A DNA stretch of 64,000 nucleotides from Succinivibrio sp. (GCA_963591995.1 CAVAUJ010000003.1:6302-70301), one strand, 5' to 3'; positions 10,467 to 20,020 are shown, counted from the stretch's first letter. Numbers and translations: made by a program. Notes: generated by a model not told the origin, from the letters alone.

Positions 10467-11254
10467 GCGAAGGAGCGTACGAGCGGGTAAAGCTTGCCCG
10501 TGACAGCAAGAGAGCTACCGGCCTGGATTACATCCATCACATCTTTCAGGACTTTATCGAGCTCCACGGGGATCGCCGGTATGCCGATGACCCCGCGGTG
10601 GTGGGCGGCATTGCACGGCTCGGCGGCATGCCGGTGACGGTGATCGCCATTGAGAAGGGGCATACGGCCAGGGAACGTACCCATCGCAATTTCGGAATGG
10701 CACAGCCGGAAGGGTATCGGAAGGCGCTGCGCCTGATGAAGCAGGCCGACAAATTCGGAAGATCCGTCGTATGCTTTGTGGACACGCCGGGGGCCTATTG
10801 CGGAATCGGCGCGGAGGAACGGGGCCAGGGGCAGGCGATCGCCGAAAATCTTCTGGAGATGTCGACGCTCTGCGTCCCGGTCATTTCCATCCTGATCGGA
10901 GAGGGCGGAAGCGGCGGAGCCCTTGCGCTTGCGGCGGCCGACCGGGTCTGGATGCTGGAGAATGCCGTATATTCGGTGATTTCTCCGGAAGGGTGCGCCA
11001 GCATTCTGTGGAAGGACGCGGGCAAGGCAGGGACGGCCGCCGAAGACCTGAAGCTGACGGCAGAGGACGCGAAAAGCCTGGGGGTGGTGGAACGGATTCT
11101 CTCGGAAAAGAACATGGGCCGGAAAGAATTCTATGCCGGCATCGGAGCGCTCCTTGCAAAGGAGCTGAAGGAATTGTCCGAGGACCTGGACCTGATGGAA
11201 AAACGCTATCACCGATTCCGCAGCATTGGCACCGGCGCAATCGTGAAGGAGTGA
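10463..11254 (+). CDS. accA: Acetyl-CoA carboxylase carboxyltransferase alpha
   Basis: [45 protein letters not shown]. Confidence 0.94.
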   Translation: MSEGAYERVKLARDSKRATGLDYIHHIFQDFIELHGDRRYADDPAVVGGIARLGGMPVTVIAIEKGHTARERTHRNFGMAQPEGYRKALRLMKQADKFGRSVVCFVDTPGAYCGIGAEERGQGQAIAENLLEMSTLCVPVISILIGEGGSGGALALAAADRVWMLENAVYSVISPEGCASILWKDAGKAGTAAEDLKLTAEDAKSLGVVERILSEKNMGRKEFYAGIGALLAKELKELSEDLDLMEKRYHRFRSIGTGAIVKE

Positions 11255-11256
11255 GA

Positions 11257-12885
11257 ATGAGCATATACAAACGGTTTTGCGATGAGCAGCTGGATGAAAA
11301 CGGACGGCTGAAGGAGCTGACGCTGAAGTACGCCGACGACTTTAATTTCGGCTACGATGTGGTCGATCGGATTGCCGAGGAAACACCGTTAAAGCGGGCG
11401 CTTGTCTGGTGCAATACCGAAGGCGAGGAGCATACGTTCACCTTTGCGGATGTCCGGAAATACAGCAACCGGATCGCCAATCTCTTTCAGCGCGAGGGAA
11501 TCGGACGGGGAGACCGTGTCATGGTGATCCTGAAGCGCCATTATGAGTATTGGTTTACGGCGGTGGCGCTGCATAAGCTGGGCGCGGTCATGATACCGGC
11601 GACGCACATGCTGACGGTCAGCGATCTGGTCTACCGGATCCGGGCTTCGAAGGCGAAGGCCGTTGTATGCACGACGCAAAACGAGATTCCGGCAAAGGTC
11701 CGGGAGGCATTGCGAAGGGCGGACCGGTCTGCGCTGCTCTGGTGCGTTCAGGGGGAGGCGGACGGCTTTGTGAATCTGACGAGGGCCATGGAAGATTCCT
11801 CCGACGGACTGGTGAGGGTGCAGACCGGAGTGACCGATCCGATGCTCCTGTACTTCACCTCCGGCACCACGGGTTATCCGAAGGGCGTGATTCACGATTA
11901 CAGCTATCCTCTTGCCCATATCGTTACGGCGAGATACTGGCATCAGGCGGAGGACGGAGGCTTGCATTTCACGGTCGCGGAGACAGGCTGGGCCAAGGCA
12001 TCCTGGGGTAAGATCTACGGCCAATGGCTGGTCGGAAGCGCCGTCATGGTGTATGATTTCGACAACTTTGACCCCGTGCAGCTGACCTCCGTGATCAATC
12101 GTTACGGGGTCACATCCTTCTGTGCACCGCCCACCGTATATCGCTATCTTGTGCGCAAGGGCATTCCGGACATGCCGACGCTCCGTCACGCGACCACCGC
12201 GGGCGAGATGCTGGCACCGGAGGTATTCCGAAAGTTCACGGAACGCACCGGGCTCCCTCTCTGCGAGGGGTACGGTCAGACGGAAACAACGCTTCTGACG
12301 GCGAATTTCAGGGGATACGATGCCGCAGCCGGTTCCATGGGGCTGCCGTCGCCCTTCTATAAGATCGAGCTTCGGGGGGAAAACGGAGAACCGGTCGGAA
12401 TCGGAGAGCTCGGAGAGGTTGTCGTTGTTCCGAAGGAGGGCGGCAGGCAGCCGGGAATCTTCTCCGCGTACCTGGACAACGAGGAGCAGTATCGTTATGT
12501 CTGGCGCGGCGGCGTCTATCATACCGGGGATGCCGCATATATGGATGAAGACGGTCGCTATTGGTTTCACGGACGTTTTGACGATATTATTAAGACCGGA
12601 GGCTTTCGTGTGGGACCGTACGAGGTGGAGAATGTACTGATGGAGCATCCCGCCGTAGCGGAATGCAGCGTAATCGGTGTACCGGATCCGCTTCGTGGGC
12701 AGGCGATCAAGGCGGTGGTTGTTCCGGGGGCGGGATATACGCCGTCGCGGCAGCTGGAGCTGGAAATAAAAAATTTCTGCAATCAGAAGCTCGCCGAATA
12801 CAAATGGATCCGGCTCGTTGAGTTTACCGCCGAAATGCCGAAGACCATCAGCGGAAAGATACGAAAGTCCGTGCTGCGCGGATAA
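11257..12885 (+). CDS. AMP-forming acyl-CoA synthetase (short/medium-chain type)
   Basis: YFTSGTTGYPKG, EGYGQTET, YHTGD, GRFDDIIK, PKTISGKI; start ATG 11257 after AAGGAG. Confidence 0.88.
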   Translation: MSIYKRFCDEQLDENGRLKELTLKYADDFNFGYDVVDRIAEETPLKRALVWCNTEGEEHTFTFADVRKYSNRIANLFQREGIGRGDRVMVILKRHYEYWFTAVALHKLGAVMIPATHMLTVSDLVYRIRASKAKAVVCTTQNEIPAKVREALRRADRSALLWCVQGEADGFVNLTRAMEDSSDGLVRVQTGVTDPMLLYFTSGTTGYPKGVIHDYSYPLAHIVTARYWHQAEDGGLHFTVAETGWAKASWGKIYGQWLVGSAVMVYDFDNFDPVQLTSVINRYGVTSFCAPPTVYRYLVRKGIPDMPTLRHATTAGEMLAPEVFRKFTERTGLPLCEGYGQTETTLLTANFRGYDAAAGSMGLPSPFYKIELRGENGEPVGIGELGEVVVVPKEGGRQPGIFSAYLDNEEQYRYVWRGGVYHTGDAAYMDEDGRYWFHGRFDDIIKTGGFRVGPYEVENVLMEHPAVAECSVIGVPDPLRGQAIKAVVVPGAGYTPSRQLELEIKNFCNQKLAEYKWIRLVEFTAEMPKTISGKIRKSVLRG

Positions 12886-12920
12886 AGGCCGTACCCACGG
12901 CAACAGACAGGAGAACGGTT

Positions 12921-14603
12921 ATGGATAAGGCACCGAAGCATTCCGAGACGAAGAGCGCCAAAGCGGAGCTGCCGTTCCTTGACGAAACGGTTCCTTGCGG
13001 CTTTTTAAGATATACCTGCGAAAAGCAGCCGAGGATCACCTATATCAATGCCAGGATGATTGAGATGCTGCGATTTCCGGAAGGCGCAGAGGGAGATATC
13101 GATTATCTGGAGATGTTCAAGGGCAACGTATTTTTCATGGTCCCCATGGAGGAGCGCCGCAGATTTTCCAAATATCTTAACCGCGTCTATTCTTCGGATG
13201 CTCCGATCGCAGGAGATATGACGCTGCTTCGGTGTGACGGAACCCGTGCCCACGTCTTCGGATGGGTCATGAAATGCAGGAACGAGCAGGGCGAGGACGA
13301 GTTTCAGAGCGTTTGCATGGATATCACGGAGAGCTACCGGGCACGAAAGGCGAAAGAAAACAAGCGCTACATGAAAGCGCTTGCCGATGTCTATGACAAG
13401 ATCTTCGAGTTCGATCCGGATGCCGGCACCGTGAAATGTCTGTATTGCGGGGACACCTCCTATTTCAAGCGGTTTGAAGACGTGGCCATGCAGGTGGAGG
13501 ACGCTCTGGAGAAATGGCTGGTCGACTCCGTTGACGCGCAGCAGCAGGACGCCGTCCGAAGCTTTTTCATGGATTACATCCGGAAAAAGCGGAACGGCAT
13601 GGAGGGAAGACCGCCGCAGATCACGTATATGGCACGTTCCACGGACGGAAGCATCCGGCAATATACCGGCATCTTTATCCGGGCAGAGGATGCGGTCAGC
13701 CTCTATTGCTGTCGTGAGGTGAAGGAAATTGCGGCGGCCAGGGCCTTAAAGGATGAAAATACAGAGCTGAAGGAAAAGATGCGGGAGCTGGTCACGCGGT
13801 TTTCCGACGGTATCGCAGCCTTTGAAATATCCACGGACGGAAGGGTGAAGCCGTTGTATGCAACGGAGAACGTCTGCAGGTTCTTTGGCTATACGGAGGA
13901 GGAATGGCTGCCGCTGACCGAAAAGTATACGCCGGCGGAGAGCTTCACGGCGTACAGTGAGGCGGCATATGAGAGCTTCGAGGAGCTTCTCCGAACAGGG
14001 GAAGCGGAGTTTTCCTATTTTGACTACCAGACCGGGACAGAACGCAGAATGAAGGCAATCTGTTCGGAAAAGGAGCCGAACACCTATGCCTCGCGTTATG
14101 TCATGCTCTATCCCGTGGAAGGGGGAGAGGAAGCCGGCAAAGCCGGCCTGCCGGCTTCTTTGCCGGAAAATCGCACGGTATTTATCCGCACGTTCGGATA
14201 TTTCGATGTGTTCGTGGGGAATACGCCGATTGCCTTCCGCAGCAAAAAGTCCAAGGAGCTGCTGGCCCTGCTCGTCGACCGGAAGGGCGGCTATGTGACC
14301 TCCGAGGAAGCCATCAGCTTTTTGTGGGAGGAGGAGCCGACGAGCACCTTGACGCTTTCGAGATATCGTAAGGTTGCTCTTCGGCTGAAGAGCACGCTGG
14401 AGGAATACGGGATTTCCGACATCATGGAGACCGTTGACGGAAAGCGCCGCATCGTCATGGACAAGGTTTCATGTGATTTGTATGATTATCTTACCGGCAA
14501 GGAGGAATATGCACAGCTGTTCAAGGGGAGCTATCTGACCAATTACAGCTGGGGCGAGGTCACGTTGGGCGAGCTCTCCAAAAGCCTTTTGCCTCAGAAC
14601 TGA
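12921..14603 (+). CDS. One-component regulator: PAS-like sensor domains plus C-terminal OmpR/SARP-type winged-helix domain
   Basis: PAS-like segments (VPCGF..YIN..MIEML; LYATENVCRFFGYTEEE); C-terminal IRTFGYFDVFV..FRSKKSKELLALLVDRKG..LWEE; no receiver domain recognised. Confidence 0.75.
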   Translation: MDKAPKHSETKSAKAELPFLDETVPCGFLRYTCEKQPRITYINARMIEMLRFPEGAEGDIDYLEMFKGNVFFMVPMEERRRFSKYLNRVYSSDAPIAGDMTLLRCDGTRAHVFGWVMKCRNEQGEDEFQSVCMDITESYRARKAKENKRYMKALADVYDKIFEFDPDAGTVKCLYCGDTSYFKRFEDVAMQVEDALEKWLVDSVDAQQQDAVRSFFMDYIRKKRNGMEGRPPQITYMARSTDGSIRQYTGIFIRAEDAVSLYCCREVKEIAAARALKDENTELKEKMRELVTRFSDGIAAFEISTDGRVKPLYATENVCRFFGYTEEEWLPLTEKYTPAESFTAYSEAAYESFEELLRTGEAEFSYFDYQTGTERRMKAICSEKEPNTYASRYVMLYPVEGGEEAGKAGLPASLPENRTVFIRTFGYFDVFVGNTPIAFRSKKSKELLALLVDRKGGYVTSEEAISFLWEEEPTSTLTLSRYRKVALRLKSTLEEYGISDIMETVDGKRRIVMDKVSCDLYDYLTGKEEYAQLFKGSYLTNYSWGEVTLGELSKSLLPQN

Positions 14604-14714
14604 TGTCAAAAGCCTTTTGTCCCGGAGCGGATGCCTGTCACAGAATTGCCGGCAGCTGCGTATGCAGCTGTGAGAATCTGAGCCACGCAGAGACCCCAAA
14701 GGAGGAGGAAGACG

Positions 14715-15653
14715 ATGAAGAACAAATTGGTTCTGGCAATGACGGTGATCGCCGTGAGCACGGCATGGATGACAGGCTGCAGCTCGACATCCGGTACATC
14801 TGCGGAAGAGGGGACATCCTCGGACGAGGTGTGGGAGGAAACGCAGGAGACAGACGGGAGCGATGCCGCGGACACAGAGGCGTCCGAGGAAATTGCGAAT
14901 CCCTGGACGGAGTCGGATGAGCAGGGCGTTGCGCAGGCAACGGGCTTTGACATGACGCCGCCGGACGGAGCAAAGGAGGTTGCGTACAGCTATCTGGCAG
15001 AGGAGGGGCTTGCGCAGATGAGCTACGAGCTGGAGGATGCGAAATGGGTGTACCGGATGGAATCGGCCGATGCCCTGACGGACATCTCCGGCCTGCACAT
15101 GGATTGGACCGGAGACGAGGGAACCGTCTCCGGAAGAGAGGCCATGTATTACGGGCAGTGTGATCCGAACGATGAGACGACGGAGGATGTGATGCTCGTG
15201 AACTGGTACGATGTCGTGACCGGCGTGACCTATTCCCTCTCGGCGACAGGAACGGATCTGAGCGGCATGGACATGCAGGTGTATGCGGAAAATCTGTATG
15301 TGCCCTCGCAGGGAGATGCAACGGATGATCCGGCGGCGGACCGGGAGAATGAGCTCAAGAGCTATTTCCTGGGAGAACACAAAAAGAGTGAGGACGGGAG
15401 CTCGCTGGTGATCGCAGACAACGGGGACGGCACCTTCCGTGTGGACCTTAGCATTACCAGGCTGTGCAGCCTGGAGGACGGCGTCGGAACCTTCGCAGAG
15501 CACAAGATGACCTTTACGGCGGCAGATCCGAACGGAGAGGATATCTCTGCCATGATCTACCGGGACAGCGATAACAGCCTGGTGGTGAGGATCACGAACA
15601 GCACCTGGGAGTATCTGCCGAACGATGAAGTGATCGACGGCTTCGGCAAATAA
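14715..15653 (+). CDS. Acidic lipoprotein of unknown function
   Basis: Lipoprotein signal MKNK..MTGC, Ser/Glu-rich linker, IANPW motif; AGGAGGAGG RBS. Confidence 0.75.
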   Translation: MKNKLVLAMTVIAVSTAWMTGCSSTSGTSAEEGTSSDEVWEETQETDGSDAADTEASEEIANPWTESDEQGVAQATGFDMTPPDGAKEVAYSYLAEEGLAQMSYELEDAKWVYRMESADALTDISGLHMDWTGDEGTVSGREAMYYGQCDPNDETTEDVMLVNWYDVVTGVTYSLSATGTDLSGMDMQVYAENLYVPSQGDATDDPAADRENELKSYFLGEHKKSEDGSSLVIADNGDGTFRVDLSITRLCSLEDGVGTFAEHKMTFTAADPNGEDISAMIYRDSDNSLVVRITNSTWEYLPNDEVIDGFGK

Positions 15654-15685
15654 CAAGGACAACATAACAGGGGATGGCATTGCAG

Positions 15686-15731
15686 AATCCGGCGCAGGAA
15701 ACGCAGAGGAAAGCGTTTCCTGCGCCGGATT
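15686..15731. terminator. Hairpin between convergent genes, probable bidirectional terminator
   Basis: Perfect 19-bp stem AATCCGGCGCAGGAAACGC / GCGTTTCCTGCGCCGGATT, 8-nt loop. Confidence 0.7.
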
Positions 15732-15756
15732 TGCGGTTTCTTCGGGAGAAGTTCTT

Positions 15757-16647
15757 TCAGGAGAAGCTCTCGACGGCGACGCCCTCTGCACGCACAATGT
15801 TCCGGAGGCGTTCCATCTCATCTTCCGGGGGGCGGTAGAAGGAATCCTGTTCGCAGGGGCTTCCGATGGCCTCGTATTTGATCCTGCCGAAGGTGTGATA
15901 GGGGAGCAGCTCCATTTTCGCCTTGGGAAGATTCCGGCGGACATAGACCGCAGAGCGCCGGATGTTCTCCTCGTCGTTGTTCACGCCGCCGATGACGGGG
16001 ATGCGGATCACGACGGCAGCCGGGATTTCCGAAAGACGGCGGATGTTCTCGAGCGTCTGTGCATTGGAAACGCCGGTATAAAGCCGGTGCCGTGCATCGT
16101 CCATCAATTTGAGATCCATAAAGATGAGATCCATGCGCAGAAGAGACGCGCGGACACTTTCAAAGGCAAAGTGTCCGCAGGTCTCCAGAGCCATGGACAG
16201 ACCCATGTCGTAAATTCCGGCGGTGAGCGCATTCAGGAAGTCCGGCTGCGAGGTCGCCTCTCCTCCGGAGAAGGTGATGCCGCCGCCGCTGTACCGGTAA
16301 AAGATCTCATGTCGCCGGATCTGCGAGAGGATTTCCTCGGAATCGCAGAGACGGACCATGCGGGTACGGGCCCCGTGGGGACAGACGTCGGCACAGGCGC
16401 CGCAGGCGCGGCAACGATCCCTTGCAAGGTTCATATCGATGCCGATCCCCTCCGGGCAGACCCTTGTGCACGCACCGCACTCGATGCATTTGCGCCGGTA
16501 CCAGCCGACAAGGGGGCGGGCAGAGAGTCCCTCCGGATTCGCGCACCAGCGGCAGCGCAGGGGGCATCCTGCCAGGAAAATGGTGGTTCGTATGCCGTCG
16601 CCGTCATTGACGGAGAACGGCTGCAGCTGCATGAGATAGCCTTTCAT
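15757..16647 (-). CDS. Glycyl-radical enzyme activating enzyme (radical SAM, ferredoxin insert)
   Basis: DGDGIRTTIFLAGCPLRCRWCANPE, two CxxCxxCxxxC motifs, GGGITFSGGE, ELLPYH. Confidence 0.93.
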   Translation of the reverse strand: MKGYLMQLQPFSVNDGDGIRTTIFLAGCPLRCRWCANPEGLSARPLVGWYRRKCIECGACTRVCPEGIGIDMNLARDRCRACGACADVCPHGARTRMVRLCDSEEILSQIRRHEIFYRYSGGGITFSGGEATSQPDFLNALTAGIYDMGLSMALETCGHFAFESVRASLLRMDLIFMDLKLMDDARHRLYTGVSNAQTLENIRRLSEIPAAVVIRIPVIGGVNNDEENIRRSAVYVRRNLPKAKMELLPYHTFGRIKYEAIGSPCEQDSFYRPPEDEMERLRNIVRAEGVAVESFS

Positions 16648-16706
16648 GGCCGGTGCTCCTTTCCTCCGTTACCTCCGGTGCGGGAAATGCTTTGATCCGC
16701 GTTTCC

Positions 16707-19079
16707 TTAGAATTCCTCATGTGCATTCCGGGCCATGATGGAATCCTGCATTTCCCTGGAAAGGTTCGTAAACTGCGCACTGTAGCCCGCAACGCGAACG
16801 AGAAGGCTCCGATATTGATCGGGATTTTGCTGCGCGTCCCGGAGCACCTCGTTGGAGATGGTGTTGAACTGTACGTGGAACCCGCCGAGGGCAAAATAGC
16901 TCTGGAGCATGGCGGCCAGGTTCGCGCGTCCCCGCTTTGTTGCAACGAGCTCATGACCAAGCCGAAGGTTCAGGAGCGTTCCGCCGCTGTGCATGTCGTG
17001 CTTGATCTTCGCAGCGCTTCGGAGTGCCGCAAGGCACGTGGAGGTATCCGTGCCGGTGACGGGAGATACGCCCTCGTTGATGGGATCCTTTGCGTGGCGC
17101 CCGTCCGGCGTTGCACCGAGAACACGGCCGGTGGGAAGGTAATTGGAAATTCCCATAAAGGCCGTGACAAAGGGTGCGCCGTAGATGTCACGGTATTGCA
17201 CGACCTCCGCGCGGTAGAAATCGGCCAGATCCCGGGCAATGAGATCGACGTAATCGTCGTCGTTGCCGTACTTCGGGCAGGCGAGCGCCTTCTGACGGAG
17301 CTCTTCATAGCCGTTCCAGTCGGCGTTCAGCGCATCGATGAGCTCGGCGAGCGTCGCGACGTGGTCCTCGTAGACGAGCTTTTTGATCACGGCGAGGGAG
17401 TTGGCGGTCACCGAAAGTCCCACGCCGGTGAACACCGGTCCGATGTTGTATTTGGCTCCGCCGTCGACCAGATCGGCGCCGCTTTGCACGCAATGCTCGT
17501 TGCAGACCGACATGAAGGGGCGATGTCCGATTTCCCGATGAATCTCCTGGGCGGTTACGAGGCTGATGACGCCGTGCTTTACGAGGTTGCGGAACTGCCT
17601 TTTCCAGGCGTCCAGAATTTCATCGAAGGAGGCAAACGTCTTCGGATCCTTTTCGGGGATGGATACCTGCTGGCCGCGAAGGCGGCTCTTTCCTTCGTTG
17701 AGCGCGAACTCCAGCGCCGCGGCAAAGCTGATCGTGCAGGCCGAGGTCCACTGGAACGTTTTGCGGGAGTGGGGAACGACGCAGCCGCAATTGTTCCAGT
17801 CTCTTGCATCAATGGGATCGTAGCCGAGATTCGAGAGCATCTGATAGCCGGTGCGGTCGCTGTGAATGGCGGGGAAGCCGCAGCCCGTTGCCACCAGCCC
17901 GGTCACAGCCTCCATGAATTCGGGCGGACAATCGGGGTGGATCCGGCAGCTGAGGGTCGGCTGGTGCGTCATGATCTCCTTTGTGGCCTGAATGGCAAGA
18001 TAGGAGATTTCGTTGGTGGCATCCGATCCATCCACCTTGGTGCCGCCGATGGTAAGATTCTCAAAATTGGTATAGCCTGCGAAAAAGCCGGCGGTGTTCC
18101 GGGAAATCGTCCAGGCCCACTCGCTGTATTTAAGCCACAGAAGCTCGATCAGCTCGAGCGCCTCCTCTTTGGTGATCCGTCCCTCCCGCAGGTCCTTTTC
18201 ATAGTAAGGGAACATATATTGATCAAAGCGCCCGGGATTCCATGCGAGCGGATTCTCGGCGAGAATGCCGCCGAGCTGGACAAACCAGACGAACTGAATG
18301 GCCTCGCGGAAGGTTTCCGGTGCCTTCTCCGGGATGACATCGCAGACGGCGGCAATCGAAAGGAGCTCGTCCTTCCTTGCGGAATCCTGCTCTGCGGCAG
18401 CCATCTCCCGGGCTTTCTCGGCATACCGGTGCGCAAGGCAGATCATGCCGTCGCAGATGAGGACGACGGAGCGATAGAATTCCAGCTTTTTGCGATCGGC
18501 GGGAACGGCGCGGTTCAGGGTCTCCATATGCTCCAGAGCCTCCCGGCGAATGCCGCCGTATCCCTTCGGCAGGAGCTCATCGATATAGTCGGCTGAAATT
18601 TCACCGACGCCGTTTCGCCACTTGGAATCGGTGTCCAGAAAGCCGGTGTCCACACCGATGATCCGTGTGTCCTCGGGAATGCGGGAGAGAAACGCCTCCT
18701 CGACGGATTTGCCCTTCCAATAAGGGAAGATGTTCTCCTTGACGAATCGGATCTGCTCCGGCGTCACATCGTAAGGATCCTGCTCCCGTTCGGGAAAGGT
18801 GTCGATTTCATCCTGAATCCAGGTCCATCCGAATTCCGGGGTAAGGATCGCGCATTTGCGGTATTCACCGCTGGTGCCGACGATGAGCTCCCCCTCCCAG
18901 ATGTTCACGGAAAGCTCACGGCAGGTGTCGTAAAAGGCCTGTGCGGTGCGCAGGATATGCGGCTGTCCCTCCGTTCGCTGAAAGGACTTGGTCCAGCTCC
19001 ACGCCCGTTCGCAGGAAATATGGGGCTTCGTATTCACGTAATGCTCACGGATTTTCTCAACTCTCTTTGTTACAGGCAT
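16707..19079 (-). CDS. Glycyl-radical enzyme (PFL2/dehydratase-like superfamily), substrate unknown
   Basis: 790 aa; ELIVG, GRFDQYMFPYY, ATPDGR, C-terminal LVRVAGYSA Gly-radical loop; Cys loop NNCGCVVP; GGAGG RBS. Confidence 0.93.
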   Translation of the reverse strand: MPVTKRVEKIREHYVNTKPHISCERAWSWTKSFQRTEGQPHILRTAQAFYDTCRELSVNIWEGELIVGTSGEYRKCAILTPEFGWTWIQDEIDTFPEREQDPYDVTPEQIRFVKENIFPYWKGKSVEEAFLSRIPEDTRIIGVDTGFLDTDSKWRNGVGEISADYIDELLPKGYGGIRREALEHMETLNRAVPADRKKLEFYRSVVLICDGMICLAHRYAEKAREMAAAEQDSARKDELLSIAAVCDVIPEKAPETFREAIQFVWFVQLGGILAENPLAWNPGRFDQYMFPYYEKDLREGRITKEEALELIELLWLKYSEWAWTISRNTAGFFAGYTNFENLTIGGTKVDGSDATNEISYLAIQATKEIMTHQPTLSCRIHPDCPPEFMEAVTGLVATGCGFPAIHSDRTGYQMLSNLGYDPIDARDWNNCGCVVPHSRKTFQWTSACTISFAAALEFALNEGKSRLRGQQVSIPEKDPKTFASFDEILDAWKRQFRNLVKHGVISLVTAQEIHREIGHRPFMSVCNEHCVQSGADLVDGGAKYNIGPVFTGVGLSVTANSLAVIKKLVYEDHVATLAELIDALNADWNGYEELRQKALACPKYGNDDDYVDLIARDLADFYRAEVVQYRDIYGAPFVTAFMGISNYLPTGRVLGATPDGRHAKDPINEGVSPVTGTDTSTCLAALRSAAKIKHDMHSGGTLLNLRLGHELVATKRGRANLAAMLQSYFALGGFHVQFNTISNEVLRDAQQNPDQYRSLLVRVAGYSAQFTNLSREMQDSIMARNAHEEF

Positions 19080-19156
19080 CTTCGTACACCTCCACTGCCG
19101 CCGCGCGGGCGGCCTCGATGATGATCGGCGCTTTCCGCCGGAACCTCTTCGGGATC

Positions 19157-19197
19157 ATGGTATACGAGAGCAAAGACATTTTCAAGCGTTATAACGC
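19157..19197 (-). promoter_or_regulatory. Sigma-A promoter of the GRE operon with adjacent palindromic site
   Basis: Minus strand TTGAAA (19185-19180), 17 bp, TACCAT (19162-19157); perfect palindrome GCGTTATAACGC 19186-19197 directly upstream of -35. Confidence 0.7.
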
Positions 19198-19215
19198 ACA
19201 AAAATGTATGAGTTG

Positions 19216-19256
19216 AGACAAGGCATGAGCTAAGACAAGGCATGAACGGAGACAAG
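19216..19256. repeat. 17-bp-period direct repeat (AGACAAGGCATGA x2 plus AGACAAG)
   Basis: Copies start at 19216, 19233 and 19250. Confidence 0.75.
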
Positions 19257-19291
19257 ACGGAAACAACCTGCCTGTTCCGCCGGATACCGGT

Positions 19292-19843
19292 TTATTTATA
19301 TCGCAGGATATTATGAAAGATGACATCCCGGGCGTCAGGATTGGCGTAGCAATGGTCCGCATTGCCGTTGAAGGAGAAGGCCTGCCCCTCCCGGAGGAGG
19401 AAAACCGCATCGTTTACCGTCATCTCCAGGGTGCCGGAAAGGACGATGATGTATTCCTTCTCCACGTTCGGATGCGGGATCGAGACGTGGCGGCTGCCGG
19501 GCTGCAGGACAATCTTGTAGTAGTCGAAGCCGGAGACGGGATCGAAGGGAAAAATATTATACAGATACATGCCGTCCTCGGCGGCCTGTATGGGCTCGAT
19601 GGCATCGATGTCAACAATCCTGGAGGCGGCATCCGAGCTCGCGATCAGGTGGGAGAGGGATACCTTGAAGCCGGTGGAAATTTTCCAGAGTGTGAGGATG
19701 GTCGGAGCGGACTCTCCCCGCTCGATCTGCCCGAGCATGGCCTTTGACACGCCGGTGAGCCGGGAGGCAGTGTCAAGGCTCATATTCATTTCCTTTCGGA
19801 TGCTTTTGATCTTGGCTCCGATGTCTTTTGATATCCCGTCCAT
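19292..19843 (-). CDS. XRE-family HTH plus cupin transcriptional regulator
   Basis: Last 183 aa of track ORF 19292..22669: TGVSKAMLGQIERGESAPTILTLWKI, cupin EYIIVLSG..HCYAN; GGAGGG RBS before ATG 19843. Confidence 0.88.
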   Translation of the reverse strand: MDGISKDIGAKIKSIRKEMNMSLDTASRLTGVSKAMLGQIERGESAPTILTLWKISTGFKVSLSHLIASSDAASRIVDIDAIEPIQAAEDGMYLYNIFPFDPVSGFDYYKIVLQPGSRHVSIPHPNVEKEYIIVLSGTLEMTVNDAVFLLREGQAFSFNGNADHCYANPDARDVIFHNILRYK

Positions 19844-20020
19844 GGTATCCCTCCGGATTGCGCAGAGCTGCAGATAATGTCGCCGGTCCTTCGTGCAGTG
19901 CGGCACGCAGACACCTCCAGAGTATAAATTTTTGGTACAATCGGCGTCAATGGTACGGGGAAATTGTGTATACTCTTTTAAGTTATGGGATTCAACGCGG
20001 GAAGAGGGAGGAGACATCCT

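Noticed and set aside
1..14633. Left block as a mobile element or genomic island
   Set aside because: No integrase, transposase or tRNA site visible; a compositional shift cannot be quantified without computation
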